In this document: one piece after another, positions 38,901 through 47,986 of the stretch
How the letters are laid out: every line of letters begins with the position of its first letter
Numbering within the stretch: the stretch's first letter is position 1
Source: Candidatus Pacearchaeota archaeon
GTDB taxonomy: Archaea > Nanobdellota > Nanobdellia > Pacearchaeales > GW2011-AR1
Direction: 5' to 3'
Assembly (NCBI GenBank): GCA_023136775.1
Contig: JAGLQO010000005.1
Span: 8,198 to 72,197, forward strand
Length of the DNA stretch: 64,000 bases
Notes under the pieces: generated by a model
What the model was told of the DNA's origin: nothing
The model's database searches: none
Seen by the model: only the letters and a program-made list of their open reading frames with translations
Position numbers and translations under genes: made by a program

Positions 38901-39737
38901 GATATAACTCAAAAAAACATTTCCATCTCTACACACGAGCCAGCCACATGTAGATGGAGCTTAGATGATATTACTTATGATGATATGGAAAATAATATGA
39001 GTTGTATTTCGGATATAGCTATAAAGTTTCCAAATACAAATGTTCCAATTCCATATACATGCAAAGCAACTCTCCCAACTCCATTAGCAGAGAACAATTA
39101 TTACATTAATTGCAAAGATCAACCGTGGTTGGAAATATCAAATCCAGACAAGAGAAATTCTAAATTAAGAAATGAACTATATACACTAAAAAGACCAAAT
39201 GAAAAAATAAAAATAAATTATATTAATCCAGAAAATGATATTGAAACGGGAACTCCAAAAAAAGTGTTAGATTTAGAAATAAAAACTTCCTCAGGGGGAT
39301 TAAATCATAAATGTTATTATTCTTTCTTAGATTTTGAAATAATGTATGAAATAATTGATATATCAAGTAATATACATACGGTTCCATTTAATCTTATTCC
39401 AGGCAAAAAGACAATTTATGTAGAATGTCGCGATGAAACAGGAGACACAGTTCAGAGCTCGACAAGTTTTGAAATAATATATGATAATAAAATTCCATTA
39501 ATTGCAAGGGTCTGGCAAGATGCAGGACAACTTCACATTACAACAAATGAAGATTCAGAATGTAAATATTCAACAGAAACCTGTGCATTTGATTGGGAAG
39601 AAGGGAAATTGATGAATGGGAATATTGAACACATAACTTCGGTAACTAAAGGAGAAACTTATTATGTTAAATGTGCGGATGATTTTGACAATGGTAAATC
39701 AAGCAACACATGTTCGATACAAGTGATGGCAGTTTAA
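35985..39737 (+). CDS. giant Cys-rich envelope protein, paralogue 1 (N-terminal signal anchor, ~600-aa Cys-rich ectodomain, ~120-aa Gly/Ala-rich hydrophobic bundle, ~500-aa C-terminal domain)
   Basis: 1250 aa from the ATG overlapping the upstream stop by 1 nt. Roughly 60 Cys. Hydrophobic GSAGIATAIYGGVALFGLEAGVSF...AIAGSIALAALGASIA. C-terminal blocks conserved with 41195. Confidence 0.6.
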   Translation: MGENKNKKIIASFELTLIIMSMFAFSYMISDYNELSIITPKEISLLEKIKIISHIGLNKLKSPIIPVVSALEQDGCCELTIKGEECKSSVVASDCTVPIIEGRVCSDDDVQVCVRGCCYEESTGRYIPDSLQSSCVDWIPNPSCSIPEARLGCCVTGESVIPDITEAACQIESENRGYDSVDWNLGMDAASCTWIAGATDKGACVFPSGICSFGARSECSPENEFRKDYLCTAPILETSCKMTGETTCVEGRDEVYFIDDCGNLANVYDSSKIDDVAYWTTVQDPTCGVNSQDGNANSKDCGNCNLNTGGSCASALQDDFKADSGDNYCRSTGCYFDVTGEGEEFLMTGESWCMYDGKIGDGKDIPGSSHWRYECDQGEIISIRCGDQYRNSICIGGSEAEIDGVNTGFRVATCAPNNWVQCLNVNTEENMENGIVEEECNKLLNCRTEKLSISEKYFEFDICVPEYPAGFNTKTQIQEVNKNLCGIASMTCVIPRDPEFWDGCGWSKDEDDIKINKGCTSEEFTKQMNDFCIGLGDCGANVNIVGVRSDSYDVRYTLSDMSDGVISRSKLKSNTEKLSTNYLQNIMSMNIPTIPHQIAKDEDYTKMLESLGMIEIQTEGIPDERQGDDFYDFSMWGSAGIATAIYGGVALFGLEAGVSFSATKILSGLGQLTGGAAWLGPVMGAFAGVAAGLYVSEALGASGVSTVIITGGLAAAGALAGVAMTSLAFPGIGWAIAGSIALAALGASIAKFIEDDCEPIEVKFECKPWRQPQGGENCDQCNNDPLRPCNKYRCHSLGAACELENVGTVDESCIASPDDGAPLFITTGATSDNAIYSDFDDTLGSSWASASIPSGGCFNAYETIVLGINISKIAYCRYATTESDFEDMEDFGSNTYLKQQYLTLHVPDPSRGISQGIDWSEDIDLFIKCEGAYENIENIGFYKIDLCINQGEDIGAPIIEAKSPEDDSLVGFDITQKNISISTHEPATCRWSLDDITYDDMENNMSCISDIAIKFPNTNVPIPYTCKATLPTPLAENNYYINCKDQPWLEISNPDKRNSKLRNELYTLKRPNEKIKINYINPENDIETGTPKKVLDLEIKTSSGGLNHKCYYSFLDFEIMYEIIDISSNIHTVPFNLIPGKKTIYVECRDETGDTVQSSTSFEIIYDNKIPLIARVWQDAGQLHITTNEDSECKYSTETCAFDWEEGKLMNGNIEHITSVTKGETYYVKCADDFDNGKSSNTCSIQVMAV

Positions 39738-39764
39738 TAATACAACAGAATTTATAAAGATAAG

Positions 39765-40523
39765 ATGGCTATAAAAAATATGAGAGAGGGGAAAAGGGGA
39801 CAAGTTACAATATTTATTATATTAGCAATAATAATAGTAGCGAGCGTTCTAACATTTTTCCTTTACGCAAAACCAACTTTTCTTTCCAAAGAAGGGACAA
39901 GGATAGGTTTTGATGGTTGTGTTCAAGATTCATTAGAACTAGCAATTTACGAATTAGAAAAAAATGGTGGATTTGTAGAGCCAGAATTTTCTTATACGCA
40001 CGAAGGAGAGGAAATATCTTATCTTTGTTATACAAATGAATATTATAAAACATGTACAGTCCAAGTTCCATTCTTATCAAGTCAAATTGACAACCAATTA
40101 GAAATAATAATGAGAGATAAAGTCGACAAATGTTATTCTGATTCAATAGAGGAATTAAAATCTCAAGGTTACGAAGTGACTGCAGGACGAGTTGATTACG
40201 ATGTGCTTTTAGAAACAGGAATTGTAAGAATGGAAATAAAAGCACCAACAGTTGTGGGTTCACAATCTTTCACAAAGTTTGATGTTAAATTAACTAGTCC
40301 AGTATATGACATGGCAATGATGGCAACTTCTCTTTTACAATTCGAAGCAACTTTTGGCGATACTGATTTAAATACAATGTCACAATATTATCCAGAGTAT
40401 AAGATTACAAAAATGAAAATGGGAGATGGAACAACTATTTATTCAATAGAAAGCAAAATTTTTGGCGACAAATTACAGTTTGCTAGTCGAAGCCTAGTTT
40501 TCCCAGCGGGGTATGATTTATAA
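39765..40523 (+). CDS. type IV pilin-like protein, class III signal peptide with Gln at +1, paralogue B
   Basis: MREGKRG|QVTIFIILAIIIVASV. CVQD...LCY...KTC...KCY pattern as in 35203. Confidence 0.6.
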   Translation: MAIKNMREGKRGQVTIFIILAIIIVASVLTFFLYAKPTFLSKEGTRIGFDGCVQDSLELAIYELEKNGGFVEPEFSYTHEGEEISYLCYTNEYYKTCTVQVPFLSSQIDNQLEIIMRDKVDKCYSDSIEELKSQGYEVTAGRVDYDVLLETGIVRMEIKAPTVVGSQSFTKFDVKLTSPVYDMAMMATSLLQFEATFGDTDLNTMSQYYPEYKITKMKMGDGTTIYSIESKIFGDKLQFASRSLVFPAGYDL

Positions 40524-40902
40524 AATGGATAAAGAAAAAACAAATACTAGCTTTATAGAGTGGATGGAAAAAGCAAAACAAGATTTAGACGTATCTAGGG
40601 ATAGTTTGAAATCCAATAATTTAGGTTGGGCAACTTTTCAAATACAACAATCAGCCGAAAAAGCACTTAAGTCGGTTTTAATAAAAAGAGAAAGTAGGTT
40701 GGTTAAAAATCATGATTTGGTTTATTTAGGAAACATGTTAAATTTACCTAAAAATTATCTAGATCATTGTAAAGAAATTAGTCAATTTTATGTGGTAAAT
40801 CGCTATCCAGACATTCCAGAAATAAATTTAACAAAAGAAAGAGTGGAAGAATATCTTTCTTGGGCTAAGGAGGTGCTAGAATGGTGCGAGAAACAGATTT
40901 GA
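40513..40902 (+). CDS. HEPN domain protein
   Basis: QQSAEKALKSVLIKRESRLVKNHDLVYL and a C-terminal NRYPD motif. Confidence 0.6.
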   Translation: MIYKMDKEKTNTSFIEWMEKAKQDLDVSRDSLKSNNLGWATFQIQQSAEKALKSVLIKRESRLVKNHDLVYLGNMLNLPKNYLDHCKEISQFYVVNRYPDIPEINLTKERVEEYLSWAKEVLEWCEKQI

Positions 40903-41198
40903 AGGTAGTCGAAAAATTCAAAGAAAAACTAACAAAAAGATTCCAAAATTCTAAAGTAATTTTATTCGGTTCCAGAGCAACGGGAAATTCCACAGAACAA
41001 AGTGATTTTGATTTAATTGTAGTAAGTGAAGCGTTTGAGGATAAAGATATAATAAAAAGAGGTTCTCTCATGTATGATGATTGGGATTATAATTTTGCAG
41101 TAGATTTTATTTGTTATACTCCCGAGGAATTTAAAGAAAAGGAATCCCGAGTGAGCATAGTTAGTGAAGCATTAAAAACAGGAGTAGTTATAAAATGA
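40881..41198 (+). CDS. minimal nucleotidyltransferase (MNT)
   Basis: LFGSRATGNSTEQSDFDLIVV. Confidence 0.65.
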   Translation: MVRETDLKVVEKFKEKLTKRFQNSKVILFGSRATGNSTEQSDFDLIVVSEAFEDKDIIKRGSLMYDDWDYNFAVDFICYTPEEFKEKESRVSIVSEALKTGVVIK

Positions 41199-44100
41199 GA
41201 TTCAATAAAAAAGGTTCAGCAGTATTACAGTTAACTTTAATGTTATTTTCAATGTTTGCGTTTGCATTCATTATGTCAGATAAGGCAATTGTAACTGCGA
41301 TAACTTCAGAGGCTAGTTATTGTTGTGAAAGAACAAGAGATGGTGCTTCTTGTCAAAATGCTCCAGAATCTGAATGTTCTCCAAGTGCCAAAGCCGCCCC
41401 AACTTCTTGTGAGTCAACCTCATATTGTAAAACAGGGACTTGTTATAATTCCAAAGAAGGACTTTGTATGTCAAATACTCCTCAGGTAACTTGCGAAGCA
41501 GATGGTGACAATACTTGGGATGCTAGACCAATGAATCAAGTTCCACAATGTCAACTAGGATGTTGCATAATTGCAGATCAAGCAGCATTTGTAACATTAA
41601 CAAAATGTAAAAAAATGTCTACAGAATTTGGAGTTGCAAATAATTATAGAAGCGATATTGCCGACGAGTTAAGCTGTATAGCAATGGCTCAATCTCAAGA
41701 TATGGGAGCTTGTGTCTACGAAAGAGATTATGAAAGAGTTTGTGATTTTACGACAAGAAATGAGTGTGGAGCAGCAGACGGAATAGAAACAAGTGAAGGT
41801 GCAGAAATAATTACTTCATCAGAAAAAAAATTCTATAAAGATTTCTTATGTTCAAATGATGATTTAGCGACCACGTGTGCAAGACAGGCAACAACTGAAT
41901 GTTATCAAGGTGATGTTTATTGGGTTGACTCTTGTGGGAATAAAGAAAATGTTTATGCGGGAGACAGTGATGCTGAAAAAGCAGACAGTTGGGCAAATGG
42001 TAAAGTTGCGAGTCCAAGTGTAAATGCAGAAGGTGATTGTAATTATTTAGCGGGAACTCGTTGTGCAGCAAAAGAAGGAATTTTTAATTCGGGGGTAGAA
42101 CACGAATGTAGATTAACAGTATGTAGAGATAGGGATGATAATCCAAGAAAAAATGGTGAATCATGGTGTGTTAGTCCAGGATTAGAGGGGGTTAATGAAT
42201 ATGATTACGATTATAAAAATCCAGGTGAATCCGATTACACAGGTTCAAGTGCAGATAAGGTAGGCTCAAGATATTTTAGAGAAATTTGTATAGATGGAGA
42301 AGTTGTTGTAGAACCATGTTCAGATTATAGAAATGAAATTTGTATACAAGATGAAATTATAACTCAAGATGTTTCGGAAGGTTTTGGAACAGCAGCATGT
42401 AGAGTGAACAGATGGCAAGATTGTGCAGCTCAAGTATGGCAAGATGATTGTGAAAGTGGAGCAAGAGATTGTCAATGGAGAATCCCAGTTAAGGGAATGA
42501 ATGTAGAAGAAAGTGTTCTTGGAAATTATGGAGTTTGTGTCCCAAATTTCCCACCAGGATTAAAATTTTGGGAAGACAGTAGTTCTGAAGAAGTTTGCAA
42601 GCAAGGGAATGTAGAATGTACTGTTGAGTTTGAAAGAGGTATCTTTGATAAAATTGGAGATTGGAAAGGAGGAGAAGGAGCTGGATTTGAAGCTAAGACT
42701 AATGAGGAATGTTTGGAAGAAGATTGGGCATTATCAGCAAATGGAATTTGTGCATCACTCGGTGACTGTGGAGGTTATGTAAATTATAACGAAGATTTAG
42801 GAGCAGGTGGATACAGATGGGTTTCAGCAACAAACGAAGATGGTCCATGGGAATCAGAAGTATTAAAATTTACATCATTAAAAAGTGAAATAAGATCATA
42901 TGTAACAGCGAACGTAGCGACATTAATAACAGGAAGAGCAATCGCAGGACTTGGAACTATAACTGGAATGGTAAGTCTGGGAGAGGCTTACGAACGAGAA
43001 TTATTAACTGCCTCAACATTTATTTATGGAGATCCAGATAGAGAAACATATACAATAGATAATCAAGGCACAGTTAGAAATACAAAAGGAACAAAATTTT
43101 ATCAAAATTCTGCAAATGAATGGGGCTATGGTCCAGCTGATAATTTCATTATATTGGATAAAAATAATCAGAATAAATTTACTCAGGATTATTTTAATAC
43201 TGCACATGCAAAATGGACTGTAGCAAAAAAGAATGTTGATAGTATACCTAAAACAGCACCAGGAACTATTCCAATGGGTGATGGAACAGGTACTGGAACA
43301 AGTGCCATACCAGTTTTGACTGACGCAGCAATGTTAGAACTAGCTAAATATGAATGTAATGTAGATGAATCAAGGGTTTGGAATAAAGCTACTAATACAT
43401 GTGATAGTATTTATAACCCAGAATATTGCAAAGGGATTAATAAGATTTATGTAGAGGGTGGATGTATAGACCCCATGCGATGTGCAGAATGTACATCCCA
43501 AGAATGTAATCCTGCCACAGGTAATTGTGATCTAAAAGATAGTGGAAAAGAATGTGGTTATCTAGATGGAATTGGAGATAATATTGTTACAGCAAAATAT
43601 ACATATTGTACAGATGAAACTAAAACTTGTCATGTAGATAAATGTATTCCAAAAGATGAAGCAAAAAAAATAACGAATGAAACTATAACAGGTCTTCTGG
43701 GGTTTGGAAAAGCTCTAATAATAGGCGGAGGAGCAGCATGGGCATCTTATCAGGGAGCTGCAATGTTTGGAGGAATATTGGGATTTGATGAAGGTGAAAC
43801 AAAAACCTTGCAAGAGTCAGCGGCTATAGCAGCTGGAATATATGCATTCACTACAAAATGGAGTGCAACTTCTAAAACTAAATGGGCATCACCATGGACT
43901 GCAGGAGCAATAGCTGTAGCTTATTTTGCATTGACATATAGAGACACAGAAAGTATAACAGTAGAATTTCAATGTTTACCTTGGGAAGCACCAGATGGAA
44001 CTGATTATGATTGTGAAGTATGTAATGACGACACCCTCCCATGTTCAGAATATAGGTGTAGAAGTTTGGGACTTAATTGCGAGATAGTAAACAAAGGAAC

Positions 44101-45502
44101 TACGGAAGAAAAATGTGTAAATGTAAATCCAAACGATGTGAATCAACCAATAGTAATACCAAGTTATAGTGCATTGGCAGATGATTATTCATATTCAAAT
44201 GTAGTAACGTCACCTCCAAGTCCAGGATTTACAATAACTAACGATGCTAGTGATAATGGATGCATTCCAGCATTTACTCCAGTACAATTTGGGATATATA
44301 CAACAGATGGAGAGGATGGACGAGGAGAACCAGCCCAATGTAAAATAGATTTCGAACATACAACAAGTTATGAAGAAATGAGATCTTATATGGGTTCAAG
44401 TAATCTTTACAAATATAATCACTCAGAATATATCACCCTACCTACAGCAAGAGAGATTGAAAATTCATCACTAAGTATAGAAAATGGAAAAGATCTAACA
44501 TTCTTCATAAGATGTAAAGATAAAACAGGAAACATAAATGAGGCAGAATATTCAGTTAACTTCTGCGTAGATCCAACGCCAGATACGACAGCTCCAAAAA
44601 TAATTGCGACCTCAATTAAAGATGGATCATGTGTCGGAGAAGGTCAAAAGACAGCTCCTGTAAAATTCTATACAGACGAACCATCTTATTGTAAATGGAG
44701 TAATCAAGATCAAGATTATGATAGTATGGCAAATGAGATGGTTTGTTCTAGAAGGGCTGATAATAATTTACTATATCCTTGCAGTGCAGAACTCTCAGGG
44801 ATACCAATGGACGGAGCTGATTTCTACATAAGATGTGAAGATGATGGAGAAACGCATAACAATCCAAGAGGAAGCGAATTTAACAACAAGATGAAAGAAA
44901 GCCTTAAGTTTTCTTTGAGAGGAAGCACTGGACTTCTAATGAGAAATTTGCAACCTAATGGAAGTGAGATAATTTACGGAGCAATAAGCCCAATGCCAGT
45001 AGAACTCTATGCAGAAACATCAATGGGTTGTGACAACGGTTTAGCAACTTGTGCATATTCAGATGAATATTCTGAAACGGGCTCAGGATATATTGATTTC
45101 TTTGATACAAATAATGAAGACGGAATTCATACACAATTATTGAATCTAGAAGAAGATACTCACGAGTATTTCATTCGATGCATCGATGCTGGGGGAAATA
45201 TTATAGAAGATAGTATAGAATTCAAATTAGATATTGACGAAGACGCCCCAATTGTTGCAAGAGTATACGAAGAAGCGGGAATGTTAAAGATAGTAACAGT
45301 GCGAGATAGTGAATGTTCTTATAGTTTCGAAAGTTGTGCTTTCGAGTTTGATGAAGGAACGGTGATGCCATATCCAAATTCAACAATCCACGTAGCAGAA
45401 TGGAGTCCAGATAAAACATTCTTTATAAAATGTAGGGACGAATTTAGAAACGTAGAAGATGGCTGTTCTATAACAGTTCGTCCAACGAAAGATTTCCTTT
45501 GA
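41195..45502 (+). CDS. giant Cys-rich envelope protein, paralogue 2
   Basis: 1435 aa. N-terminal anchor LTLMLFSMFAFAFIMSD similar to paralogue 1. Internal hydrophobic ITGLLGFGKALIIGGGAAWASYQGAAMFGGILGF...AGAIAVAYFALTY. Conserved C-terminal blocks CLPWEAPDG...CNDDTLPCSEYRCRSLGLNCE and ...ARVYEEAGMLKIV...SECSYSFESCAFEFDEG. Confidence 0.6.
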   Translation: MRFNKKGSAVLQLTLMLFSMFAFAFIMSDKAIVTAITSEASYCCERTRDGASCQNAPESECSPSAKAAPTSCESTSYCKTGTCYNSKEGLCMSNTPQVTCEADGDNTWDARPMNQVPQCQLGCCIIADQAAFVTLTKCKKMSTEFGVANNYRSDIADELSCIAMAQSQDMGACVYERDYERVCDFTTRNECGAADGIETSEGAEIITSSEKKFYKDFLCSNDDLATTCARQATTECYQGDVYWVDSCGNKENVYAGDSDAEKADSWANGKVASPSVNAEGDCNYLAGTRCAAKEGIFNSGVEHECRLTVCRDRDDNPRKNGESWCVSPGLEGVNEYDYDYKNPGESDYTGSSADKVGSRYFREICIDGEVVVEPCSDYRNEICIQDEIITQDVSEGFGTAACRVNRWQDCAAQVWQDDCESGARDCQWRIPVKGMNVEESVLGNYGVCVPNFPPGLKFWEDSSSEEVCKQGNVECTVEFERGIFDKIGDWKGGEGAGFEAKTNEECLEEDWALSANGICASLGDCGGYVNYNEDLGAGGYRWVSATNEDGPWESEVLKFTSLKSEIRSYVTANVATLITGRAIAGLGTITGMVSLGEAYERELLTASTFIYGDPDRETYTIDNQGTVRNTKGTKFYQNSANEWGYGPADNFIILDKNNQNKFTQDYFNTAHAKWTVAKKNVDSIPKTAPGTIPMGDGTGTGTSAIPVLTDAAMLELAKYECNVDESRVWNKATNTCDSIYNPEYCKGINKIYVEGGCIDPMRCAECTSQECNPATGNCDLKDSGKECGYLDGIGDNIVTAKYTYCTDETKTCHVDKCIPKDEAKKITNETITGLLGFGKALIIGGGAAWASYQGAAMFGGILGFDEGETKTLQESAAIAAGIYAFTTKWSATSKTKWASPWTAGAIAVAYFALTYRDTESITVEFQCLPWEAPDGTDYDCEVCNDDTLPCSEYRCRSLGLNCEIVNKGTTEEKCVNVNPNDVNQPIVIPSYSALADDYSYSNVVTSPPSPGFTITNDASDNGCIPAFTPVQFGIYTTDGEDGRGEPAQCKIDFEHTTSYEEMRSYMGSSNLYKYNHSEYITLPTAREIENSSLSIENGKDLTFFIRCKDKTGNINEAEYSVNFCVDPTPDTTAPKIIATSIKDGSCVGEGQKTAPVKFYTDEPSYCKWSNQDQDYDSMANEMVCSRRADNNLLYPCSAELSGIPMDGADFYIRCEDDGETHNNPRGSEFNNKMKESLKFSLRGSTGLLMRNLQPNGSEIIYGAISPMPVELYAETSMGCDNGLATCAYSDEYSETGSGYIDFFDTNNEDGIHTQLLNLEEDTHEYFIRCIDAGGNIIEDSIEFKLDIDEDAPIVARVYEEAGMLKIVTVRDSECSYSFESCAFEFDEGTVMPYPNSTIHVAEWSPDKTFFIKCRDEFRNVEDGCSITVRPTKDFL

Positions 45503-45506
45503 TAAA

Positions 45507-45797
45507 ATGAATAAGAAAATGATAATCAATGAAATTGAAAAAAGACGTGAAAAACTAAAAGATAAAGGTGTTAAAAAAATTGGATTATTCGGATCATATT
45601 TGAAAGGAACGCAGAAAAAAGGAAGTGATATAGATTTTTTAGTTACTTTTGAAAAAGAAAATTTAGGGAAGAATTATTTTAAAGTCTTGTTTTATTTAGA
45701 AAATCTATTTAAGAGGAAAATTGATTTAGTTGCAGTTCAGTCATTAAGACCAGAATTAAATTATGTAAAAAAGGAAGCTGTATATGCCAAAATATGA
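45507..45797 (+). CDS. nucleotidyltransferase antitoxin-like (MntA-type)
   Basis: GLFGSYLKGTQKKGSDIDFLV. Confidence 0.6.
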   Translation: MNKKMIINEIEKRREKLKDKGVKKIGLFGSYLKGTQKKGSDIDFLVTFEKENLGKNYFKVLFYLENLFKRKIDLVAVQSLRPELNYVKKEAVYAKI

Positions 45798-46104
45798 TTT
45801 AAATTTAAATTTAATCAAGGAAATGATTGAAAGAATTGAAGTAGATTTAAATAAATCTCTAGAAGATAAAACTGTTTGGGATGCCACTCTTATGAGGTTT
45901 CAAGTTATGGGAGAAAATATTGACAAACTACCAAGAGAAGTTCTTAAAAAACATAATGAAATAAATTGGAGAAAATATTACGCTTTTAGAAATTCAATAA
46001 GTCACACTTATAATGATATTCTAATAGAAGTTATTGCCGATTTAATTAGCGAATTACCAGTTTTAAAAAGAGCAATTGTAAAAATTAAGAGAGAGATAAA
46101 ATGA
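45784..46104 (+). CDS. HepT/DUF86-like HEPN toxin
   Basis: FRNSISHTY (R-x4-6-H HEPN motif). Overlaps the upstream NTase gene. Confidence 0.55.
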   Translation: MPKYDLNLNLIKEMIERIEVDLNKSLEDKTVWDATLMRFQVMGENIDKLPREVLKKHNEINWRKYYAFRNSISHTYNDILIEVIADLISELPVLKRAIVKIKREIK

Positions 46105-46162
46105 AATATAAAAAAGCACAGCAAACAAGAGGTTTAATAATAATTAAGACGGAGTATATACT

Positions 46163-46540
46163 ATGAAAATAGAAATCTCAGATTGGATAAAGCAAGCACA
46201 AGTAGATTTAGGTACGGCAAGATATAATCTCCAAGGAAAAATTTATTACGCAAGTGCTTTTTTTTCACAACAATCGGTAGAAAAAGCTCTAAAAGCATAT
46301 TATATTCAGGAAAAAAATACTATAAAGAAAACTCATAGTGTGAGCTCTCTAGCTAAAGAACTTAAGCTTCCAAAAGAACTTTTATCTAAAATAATAGAAC
46401 TTGAAGAAATACATAGAACTGCAAGATATCCAGGCATAAGTCAAAAAATTCCCTCAGAAGAAATAGAGGAAGAAGATGCTATAAATTTTTGTAATATTGC
46501 ACAGGAGGTCTTAAAATGGATAGAAATCAAAGTGAAGTAA
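46163..46540 (+). CDS. HEPN domain protein
   Basis: QQSVEKALKAYYIQ...KTHSVSSL...HRTARYPG. Confidence 0.6.
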   Translation: MKIEISDWIKQAQVDLGTARYNLQGKIYYASAFFSQQSVEKALKAYYIQEKNTIKKTHSVSSLAKELKLPKELLSKIIELEEIHRTARYPGISQKIPSEEIEEEDAINFCNIAQEVLKWIEIKVK

Positions 46541-46836
46541 TAAAGTTAATTAAAAACTTTAAAAATAAAATAAAAAATATTAAATTAGATAAAGTAATAT
46601 TATTTGGTTCATACTCAAAAGGGACACAAAAAAGAGGAAGCGATATTGATTTATTAGTTATTTCAAATGATTTTGAAAATATTAAATCATTCAAACGAGC
46701 AAACGATTTATATCTAAATTGGGATATAGACATAGACATAGATTTTATTTGCCTAACAAATGAAGAATTAAGAATTAAGAAAAATCAAATTGGCATAGTT
46801 AGTGAAGCACTAAAAACAGGAGTGGTTATAAAATGA
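46516..46836 (+). CDS. minimal nucleotidyltransferase (MNT)
   Basis: LFGSYSKGTQKRGSDIDLLVIS. C-terminal SEALKTGVVIK identical to the MNT at 40881. Confidence 0.65.
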   Translation: MDRNQSEVIKLIKNFKNKIKNIKLDKVILFGSYSKGTQKRGSDIDLLVISNDFENIKSFKRANDLYLNWDIDIDIDFICLTNEELRIKKNQIGIVSEALKTGVVIK

Positions 46837-47324
46837 AATATAAAAAAGCACAACAAACAATGAGTATGCCATTTGGTATGATATTCGCAATTTTTCTAAT
46901 TATAGTTTTTGTAGTTTTTGCATTTATGGCGGTCGGTGGATTTTTAGATATTGGGAAAAGTGCAGATGTTGGAATGTTCTATGACGAATTACAAGAAGAA
47001 GTAAATGACGCTATGCGTGGACAATCAAGTGAATCCACTTTTAGAATAAATTTACCAAAAAAGATTAAGCAAGTTTGTTTTGCTAATCTGTCAGCAACAA
47101 TTACAAACCCAGGTTCAGAGTACGATGCAATTAGAAATTATGAAGTTTATGAAGCCAATACATTTTTGCTTCCACCAGAATTTGCGTCAAATATGCAATG
47201 GAAAATGATTGACCATATTGATGTAGCAAAAATAACAGCTACAAAAAATCCCTATTGTGTAAATGTCAAAGACGACCTAAAAATAAAGAAGAGTTTTTAT
47301 GATAGAAAAGTTACAATAGCATAG
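46833..47324 (+). CDS. type IV pilin-like protein (class III signal, KKA|QQ)
   Basis: MKYKKA|QQTMSMPFGMIFAIFLIIVFVVFAF. Confidence 0.5.
   Translation: MKYKKAQQTMSMPFGMIFAIFLIIVFVVFAFMAVGGFLDIGKSADVGMFYDELQEEVNDAMRGQSSESTFRINLPKKIKQVCFANLSATITNPGSEYDAIRNYEVYEANTFLLPPEFASNMQWKMIDHIDVAKITATKNPYCVNVKDDLKIKKSFYDRKVTIA
47216..47324 (+). repeat. direct repeat copy 1 (3' end of pilin gene 46833-47324)
   Basis: About 90% identical to 47981-48090. Confidence 0.7.
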
Positions 47325-47361
47325 GAGATTAATTTTTATAAATTAGGAAGGGAACAATTTT

Positions 47362-47502
47362 GCTCTCAGGACTTCTAGAGATTGTTTGGATTAAGACAGG
47401 GGCAGGAAATTGAGATATAAAAAGACAATTAACATGAATATTAGATATTATAATTAAGCATATTTGCATTGAATCTTCTAAATCTATTAAAGTCCTGAGA
47501 GC
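47362..47502. mobile_element. MITE-like element bounded by 12-bp inverted repeats gctctcaggact / agtcctgagagc
   Basis: IRs at 47362-47373 and 47491-47502. The same 12-mer recurs at 56397 and as agtcctgag at 33847, both at other insertion junctions. Confidence 0.35.
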
Positions 47503-47556
47503 TGTTTGTCTTGAGGAATTAGTTAATTATTTAAATTCCAATTTATTAAATAATAT

Positions 47557-47757
47557 ATGGATTTTAATATAATAATTGAAAAAGGAGAAGATGGGTATTT
47601 ATTATCTGAAGTAATTGAGCTTCCTGGTTGTAGAACTCAAGCTAAAGATATGAATGAACTTCTTAAAAGAACAAAAGAGGTTATTACTCTTTATTTGCAA
47701 GTAGAGGAAATGTCAACAAGAAACAGTTTTTTAGGAGTACAAAAAATAGCAGTTTAA
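47557..47757 (+). CDS. hicB: HicB-family antitoxin
   Basis: EDGYLLSEVIELPGCRTQAKDMNELLKRTKEVI. Confidence 0.65.
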   Translation: MDFNIIIEKGEDGYLLSEVIELPGCRTQAKDMNELLKRTKEVITLYLQVEEMSTRNSFLGVQKIAV

Positions 47758-47758
47758 T

Positions 47759-47986
47759 ATGCAAAAATTACCTCAGTTAACTGCCAATCAATTTATCAAA
47801 ATTTTATTTAAATTAGGTTTCAAAGCTATAAGGCAATCTGGAAGTCATGTATTCTTAAGGCATGAAGATGGTAGAACGACAGTAATCCCAAATCATCCTG
47901 GAGAGAAATTGGATAGGGGACTATTAAATAAAATATTAAAAAAGGATGTACAAATTTCTAGAGATGAACTTTTAGAATTAATTTAG
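47759..47986 (+). CDS. hicA: HicA-family mRNA interferase toxin
   Basis: GFKAIRQSGSHVFLRHEDGRTTVIPNHPGEKLDRGLL. Confidence 0.65.
   Translation: MQKLPQLTANQFIKILFKLGFKAIRQSGSHVFLRHEDGRTTVIPNHPGEKLDRGLLNKILKKDVQISRDELLELI

Noticed and set aside
47362-47502. Full IS element, transposase or integrase associated with the insertions
   Set aside because: No transposase or integrase ORF anywhere in the window. Only a non-autonomous MITE-like segment with 12-bp TIRs and direct repeats of gene 3' ends.
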